A DNA stretch of 64,000 bases from an uncultured virus (IMG/VR IMGVR_UViG_3300044545_000147) (Duplodnaviria > Heunggongvirae > Uroviricota > Caudoviricetes), in the IMG/VR virus record IMGVR_UViG_3300044545_000147. One strand, 5' to 3'. Shown in pieces: positions 59,594 to 64,000 of this stretch. The notes under the pieces are model-generated. The model was given only the letters and a program-made list of their open reading frames with translations. It was not told where the DNA came from and ran no database searches. The stretch's first letter is position 1. Each line of letters opens with the position of its first letter. Made by a program: the position numbers and the translations under genes.

Positions 59594-60430
59594 ATGCCTA
59601 TGGCACGCCCGACAAAACAGGGGATTGACTATTTTCCCCTGGATGTTGGGTTTTTGAGAGATATAAAGGTTCGGAAAATAACTAAGGCATGTGGTTTATC
59701 ATCAATTTCCATACTAATCTGCCTGCTATCTAATGTTTATCGTGACGATGGGTATTACCTAAAGTGGGATAATGATCAGGCTTTTCTGGTGGCTGACGAT
59801 GTTGGTACCAGCGAGGACGCAGTACTGGAAGTTGTAAAAAAAGCGATTCAAGTAGGCTTTTTCGATGAACATATGTGGAATGAATATAAAATCCTAACTT
59901 CTAAAGGCATTCAAGAGAGATTTTTTTCTGCAGTGTCAAAAAGAAAAAAGGTTTTTTACCGTAGGGAATTTATGCTCATTTCAGTTTCTTCCGTCAATAA
60001 CCCAGTTTCTTCCTTCAATAACCCGGTAAATGACGTACATAATCCACAAAGTAAAGTAAAGGAAAGTAAAGTAAAGGAAAGTAAAGGAGAGGGAATAGAT
60101 AAACAAATACCTATTCCCCAATCAGCCCCCGGAGATATGAAGAAATTACAGGATGAATTTGTTCAATTGACAGGAGGTATTAGTACTATTCAATATGCAA
60201 AACTGAAGGAACTTTTACAGATGCATCCTATTGATCGTGTTTTAGAAGCGGTTCATATTGCCAAAGACCGTGATAAACGTAAGCTGTCCTATGTGGAAGG
60301 AATTCTAAGGAGTTGGGAAAGAGATGGGTATGACGGAGATCAAAAATCCAAAACAGTCAGTCCTGGCACTGATAAATCAGATGCAAAAACATGCGGAGCA
60401 GACTGGTCAGATATCCCAGAATCTCTCTGA
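59594..60430 (+). CDS. Replication initiator (DUF4373-like + DnaD-like)
   Basis: MARPTKQGIDYFPLDV, LTSKGIQERF, SYVEGILRSW. Confidence 0.85.
   Translation: MPMARPTKQGIDYFPLDVGFLRDIKVRKITKACGLSSISILICLLSNVYRDDGYYLKWDNDQAFLVADDVGTSEDAVLEVVKKAIQVGFFDEHMWNEYKILTSKGIQERFFSAVSKRKKVFYRREFMLISVSSVNNPVSSFNNPVNDVHNPQSKVKESKVKESKGEGIDKQIPIPQSAPGDMKKLQDEFVQLTGGISTIQYAKLKELLQMHPIDRVLEAVHIAKDRDKRKLSYVEGILRSWERDGYDGDQKSKTVSPGTDKSDAKTCGADWSDIPESL
59982..60090. repeat. Putative origin: 21-bp direct repeats, DnaA-box-like site, purine repeats
   Basis: CAGTTTCTTCC(G/T)TCAATAACC x2; TAATCCACA; AAAGTAAAGTAAAGG repeats. Confidence 0.6.
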
Positions 60431-61043
60431 TAAGCGGAAAGATCAAGACTTATATCATAAAATGCTCAGTGCTCATGGTATTCATAGACGGTTCTGGAAC
60501 TGCACATTTGAGTCTATGGAACAAAATGGGATACCGGAACAGTGCCAAAGAAATTTCATTCATGCTAGGGATTATGTAAATCGGTTTGGGGAATATAAAT
60601 CTAAAGGCATCGGAATTCTGATGATGGGACCGGTAGGAGTGATGAAGACATCTCTTTCTATAGCCATTGCCCAAGCAGTCCTAAAACAAAAACACAGTGT
60701 CCAATTTATCCCAATGGCAGAGTTGCTGGATCAGATTCTCACAATGACACGGAAAAAAGATCCGTCAGAGTTTCTACAATTTGAAGAGAGACTTCGGGCG
60801 ACGAGTCTACTTATTATTGATGATCTGGGTGCTGAGTATAAACAAAGTTGGATTACAAATAAGGTAGATGCTATTATTACAGCCCGGTATAATCGGATGC
60901 TGCCGATTATCATAACCACCAATTTAAAGCCAAATGAATTACTGGGGCGTTATCAGGAGCGAGTTTATGACCGTTTAAAAGGTGCATCTCTTGTTATGAA
61001 ATATGAAGGGAGCAGCCTTCGCACATCGCCAATATCTAAATGA
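60324..61043 (+). CDS. DnaC/IstB-like ATPase
   Basis: GPVGVMKT, LLIIDDLGAE, IITTNL, R.YDRL. Confidence 0.85.
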   Translation: MGMTEIKNPKQSVLALINQMQKHAEQTGQISQNLSDKRKDQDLYHKMLSAHGIHRRFWNCTFESMEQNGIPEQCQRNFIHARDYVNRFGEYKSKGIGILMMGPVGVMKTSLSIAIAQAVLKQKHSVQFIPMAELLDQILTMTRKKDPSEFLQFEERLRATSLLIIDDLGAEYKQSWITNKVDAIITARYNRMLPIIITTNLKPNELLGRYQERVYDRLKGASLVMKYEGSSLRTSPISK

Positions 61044-61055
61044 GAGGGTGTTTCT

Positions 61056-61433
61056 ATGGGAAAAATGCAGCGGGAAAAAGGAAAACGTGGAGAACGGATG
61101 TGGGCCCGAAAATGCCGAGAATATGGATATGCAGTCAGACGAACATCCCAATACTGCGGACAGACAGGAGATGCAGCTGATTGCATTGGAATCCCTGGCA
61201 TACATCAAGAAGTGAAATTTGTTGAAAGACTAAATATTCAGGACGCTATGGATCAAGCTGTCAGAGATGCTGAAAACGAAAGGAAGGGAAACATTCCTAT
61301 CGTGGCTCATAAGCGGAGTGACTGTGAATGGCTGGTGACTATGCAAGCTGATGACTGGTTCACAATTTTGAGAGAATGGGAGTCTGGAATGGTTTTAGAT
61401 AATACGGAGGACAGCAAAAATGAAGGTCAGTGA
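61056..61433 (+). CDS. PD-(D/E)xK Holliday junction resolvase-like nuclease
   Basis: KGKRGER, AD..G..H.EVK. Confidence 0.75.
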   Translation: MGKMQREKGKRGERMWARKCREYGYAVRRTSQYCGQTGDAADCIGIPGIHQEVKFVERLNIQDAMDQAVRDAENERKGNIPIVAHKRSDCEWLVTMQADDWFTILREWESGMVLDNTEDSKNEGQ

Positions 61434-61627
61434 ATTGATCAAAAACCTTGAAAAATATGATCCGGATGTAGAGGTTTATGCTGATAAAATGTCAGGTGCA
61501 TGGCTTGTAAAGTCTGCCAGAGAGCAAAAAAATTGGAAAATGCTGGCCCGTGCTATTTAGGAGCCATGGGATGCGTAATACTTGTTACGGCAGAATGGGA
61601 TTATATAAAATTCAGAAGGAGTAGAAA

Positions 61628-62056
61628 ATGATAGCACGATATATCAACGGACAAAAATGGACCCAAAATAAGGTAATAGATCAATTGAAATCTATGGTTG
61701 AAGATCGAAAGTCACTTCTGGACGGCAAGGATGATCATGATGCTATTTATATGGCGGACATCATAGCATTAAAGGCAGCTATATATGCTGTAGCCAGCCT
61801 GCATAATACAGAGTCAGATCATAATGATTCGGTGAATCACCCGCAGCATTATTGCATCGGAGGAATTGAAGTCATAAAGTACATCCGTGCCAAACTGTCT
61901 GAGGATGAATATCATGGATACTTAAAAGGATCTGTTATCAAATATTTATCTAGGGCTGGTCATAAAGGAGACGAAAAAGAGGATCTTGAAAAAGCCAGAT
62001 GGTACCTTGAACGGATGATATGTGAGGTGGAATCATGGACAAGACAAGATATATAG
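61628..62056 (+). CDS. DUF3310-domain protein
   Basis: VNHPQHY..GGIE, IKYL.RAG.KG..EDLEKA.WYL. Confidence 0.85.
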   Translation: MIARYINGQKWTQNKVIDQLKSMVEDRKSLLDGKDDHDAIYMADIIALKAAIYAVASLHNTESDHNDSVNHPQHYCIGGIEVIKYIRAKLSEDEYHGYLKGSVIKYLSRAGHKGDEKEDLEKARWYLERMICEVESWTRQDI

Positions 62057-62268
62057 AAAAGAACATCAATAGATTACGTATCATGCATGACCAATATTTA
62101 AAGAAAATGGGAATGTCAAAAACTGAATGGGATAATCTTTCTGCGCTGGGGTATGCAAAAGAAATATTGGAAGAAATGTTAAAGCTTCAAAAAATATATC
62201 CAGAAAGAGATTTATATACCATATTGTTTCAAGTTAGAATGCAGGAGGCATTATGGGGAAAAAGGTGA
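62035..62268 (+). CDS. Hypothetical protein
   Basis: GAGGTG RBS. Confidence 0.55.
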   Translation: MDKTRYIEKNINRLRIMHDQYLKKMGMSKTEWDNLSALGYAKEILEEMLKLQKIYPERDLYTILFQVRMQEALWGKR

Positions 62269-62465
62269 ATTTTCCAACTGAAGAAATATTAAAAAAGTGT
62301 CCGTTTTGCGGCGGCACAGCAATATGGGAGCAATCATTTGATCTTTTTTCAAAAGGCAGTATTTGTTATTCAATTAGCTGCAATAATTGCGGAATCAGCA
62401 CTCTTCCAATGAATAACAGGGTGAAAGTCATTCAAATATGGAATAAGAGAGACACACACAAATAG
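62253..62465 (+). CDS. Lar-family (restriction alleviation-like) Zn-finger protein
   Basis: LKKCPFCGG..C..CG..WNKR. Confidence 0.8.
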   Translation: MGKKVNFPTEEILKKCPFCGGTAIWEQSFDLFSKGSICYSISCNNCGISTLPMNNRVKVIQIWNKRDTHK

Positions 62466-62489
62466 GGAAAAAAGGAAGGAGGGATTGAT

Positions 62490-62753
62490 ATGGGAAAAGA
62501 GGGAATGCGGCAAATAGTAACTATAGATCCGGATCCTACATACAGAGAGGCAGCAGCGAACATCCGAAAAGAAGCACGGGCAGCGGAGCGAGAACGACTG
62601 GCAGCGGAACAGAAAAAGAGAGCGTTGAAAGCAGTGAGAATAATATTGGCAATCAAGGCCATGGCAAAGAATCATGACTTTGAGATAGTAGGCCATCTCA
62701 TTCTGCGGGACCATAACTCAGGGAAAGAATATAGGGAAGGAGGGATTCGATGA
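62490..62753 (+). CDS. Hypothetical protein
   Basis: Strong RBS; DPDPT motif. Confidence 0.6.
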   Translation: MGKEGMRQIVTIDPDPTYREAAANIRKEARAAERERLAAEQKKRALKAVRIILAIKAMAKNHDFEIVGHLILRDHNSGKEYREGGIR

Positions 62754-63220
62754 AGAGAACCGCAGAAGAACGGAAGAAAATAGATCAGACAAAGAAATAC
62801 CTCTCCCAGGCGTATATGCTTTCGGAAAGGATTGAAACGCTTAAAACAGACCTGGCCAAGGCGGCGCAGCCGTTGTCAGGGATATCTTATGAGTCAGAAC
62901 CTGTCAGCTCTTCAAATATCAGCGATCTGGCGGATCGTATGAATAAAGAAGATAATGTGCAGCTGAAATTGCAGGCTAAAATCACAGAGCTGGAAACGAC
63001 GCTGAACCGGATCAGAGATCAGATCAATGGACTGGAAGACAATGTCCAGGCGACGCTTCTGTACAAGCGCTACGTGCTCATGGAGGACTGGGTGACGATC
63101 AATATTGAGATGAAAAAAGTAGCTTGGAGAAATATGTTTCGTGTTCATGATTCTGGATTAATTCACTTTTTTGAAAAATATTTAGAGAAAGTGTCATCAA
63201 ATGTCACTAAATGTCACTAA
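62750..63220 (+). CDS. ArpU/DUF1492-like late transcriptional activator
   Basis: K.YL.QA, coiled coil, LL..RY...W..I. Confidence 0.75.
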   Translation: MKRTAEERKKIDQTKKYLSQAYMLSERIETLKTDLAKAAQPLSGISYESEPVSSSNISDLADRMNKEDNVQLKLQAKITELETTLNRIRDQINGLEDNVQATLLYKRYVLMEDWVTINIEMKKVAWRNMFRVHDSGLIHFFEKYLEKVSSNVTKCH

Positions 63221-63230
63221 ATGTCACTTG
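63191..63230 (+). repeat. 10-bp tandem repeats (ATGTCACTAA), putative late-activator site
   Basis: GTGTCATCAA ATGTCACTAA ATGTCACTAA ATGTCACTTG, TATGAT downstream. Confidence 0.7.
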
Positions 63231-63340
63231 CATGCATTAAAAATTTTGTTTATGATAAAATCAAGAAAATATGAAGAGAGCCGTCCAGTAGGACGGCTTT
63301 TATGATACTATGATAGCATATAGAGAGGAGAGATATCATA

Positions 63341-63904
63341 ATGGATAATCAAATTATGACGATAAATGTAGCTTTAATTAGTGCATGTATATCTGCAATG
63401 GCTGTGATAATTACTGGAGGCATATCATACATGGCATTAACGAAGACGAAAAATATTGATTATAAGCATTCGTATTATGAGAAGATATTGCAAAAAAGAA
63501 TAGAAGCATATGAATTTATAGAGCAAATGATATTTGTGTTTTCATGGACAACCGTTACGTCAGATCAAAAACCTTACTATCCGTCGATTGCAACTCAGGA
63601 ACAGATTCTTGAACGAGAAAAGACAATGTTGCAAATCGCAGCATATTCTATTTGGATAAGTCCTGAAATGAATCAGCTATTAGAAAAACTCAACATTATG
63701 CTTTATAAATTAGAAAATATAAAAGATGCAGAATTAATTAGAATTATAGTAAAAAAATATAATGATTTTGGAGAAATAAAAACAAGGATGAAGAACCAAT
63801 TGAATAAAGACATGCTAAATTTATATGATATAGAGTCATTCTTGAAAAATAAAAAGACTGAAAAATTGACTCAAAGATTGGTAGACTTAAGTTCATATCA
63901 TTGA
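63341..63904 (+). CDS. Moron: membrane-anchored hypothetical protein
   Basis: AT-rich, N-terminal TM, GAGGAG RBS. Confidence 0.7.
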   Translation: MDNQIMTINVALISACISAMAVIITGGISYMALTKTKNIDYKHSYYEKILQKRIEAYEFIEQMIFVFSWTTVTSDQKPYYPSIATQEQILEREKTMLQIAAYSIWISPEMNQLLEKLNIMLYKLENIKDAELIRIIVKKYNDFGEIKTRMKNQLNKDMLNLYDIESFLKNKKTEKLTQRLVDLSSYH

Positions 63905-63964
63905 GTCTCAGAAAATGATTTTTTAAAAACAAAACAGAACAATAGGGCGGTGGTGAACATGTAA

Positions 63965-64000
63965 ATGACCGATAGAGATCGAGCCTATAATGACTATCTG
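63965..64000 (+). CDS. Probable terminase small subunit, 5' fragment
   Basis: GGTGGTGA RBS, MTDRDRAYNDYL, expected position. Confidence 0.5.
   Translation, partial: MTDRDRAYNDYL

Larger units (their letters stand above)
53266..64000. mobile_element. Prophage 2 (left part, continues beyond the window)
   Basis: Second integrase, repressor/cro, YqaJ/RecT, rep/DnaC, late activator, terS start. Confidence 0.93.

Noticed and set aside
63191..63230. CRISPR array
   Set aside because: 10-bp tandem repeats without spacers; no cas genes or repeat-spacer arrays seen anywhere in the window.

Overview
The window holds two related but heteroimmune Bacillota (Firmicutes) prophages in tandem at the 3' end of a tRNA-Arg(TCT) gene; a Negativicutes-like host is an inference. 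Prophage 1 (about 63-53277) is essentially complete and myovirus-like. It carries a large serine integrase, an ImmA/ImmR-type switch, YqaJ/RecT, replication genes, terminase, three glycosyltransferases, portal, a protease-scaffold-capsid polyprotein, a contractile tail, lysis genes, and morons (acyltransferase, type III R-M, a methyltransferase with an SOS box). Prophage 2 starts at 53266 and runs off the window at its terS gene. Most notable: (1) the att site lies inside the 3' end of the integrase genes, so recombination swaps the integrase C-terminal tail, and the tandem junction is a hybrid attP; (2) terL is split just before Walker A by a 7-nt Tyr-stop-Tyr gap resembling a translational bypass; (3) a glycosyltransferase triplet sits inside the packaging operon; (4) both int genes have upstream antisense-RNA-like units with complementary UUGGCG/CGCCAA loops. 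All family calls come from motif recognition by eye, not from database searches.
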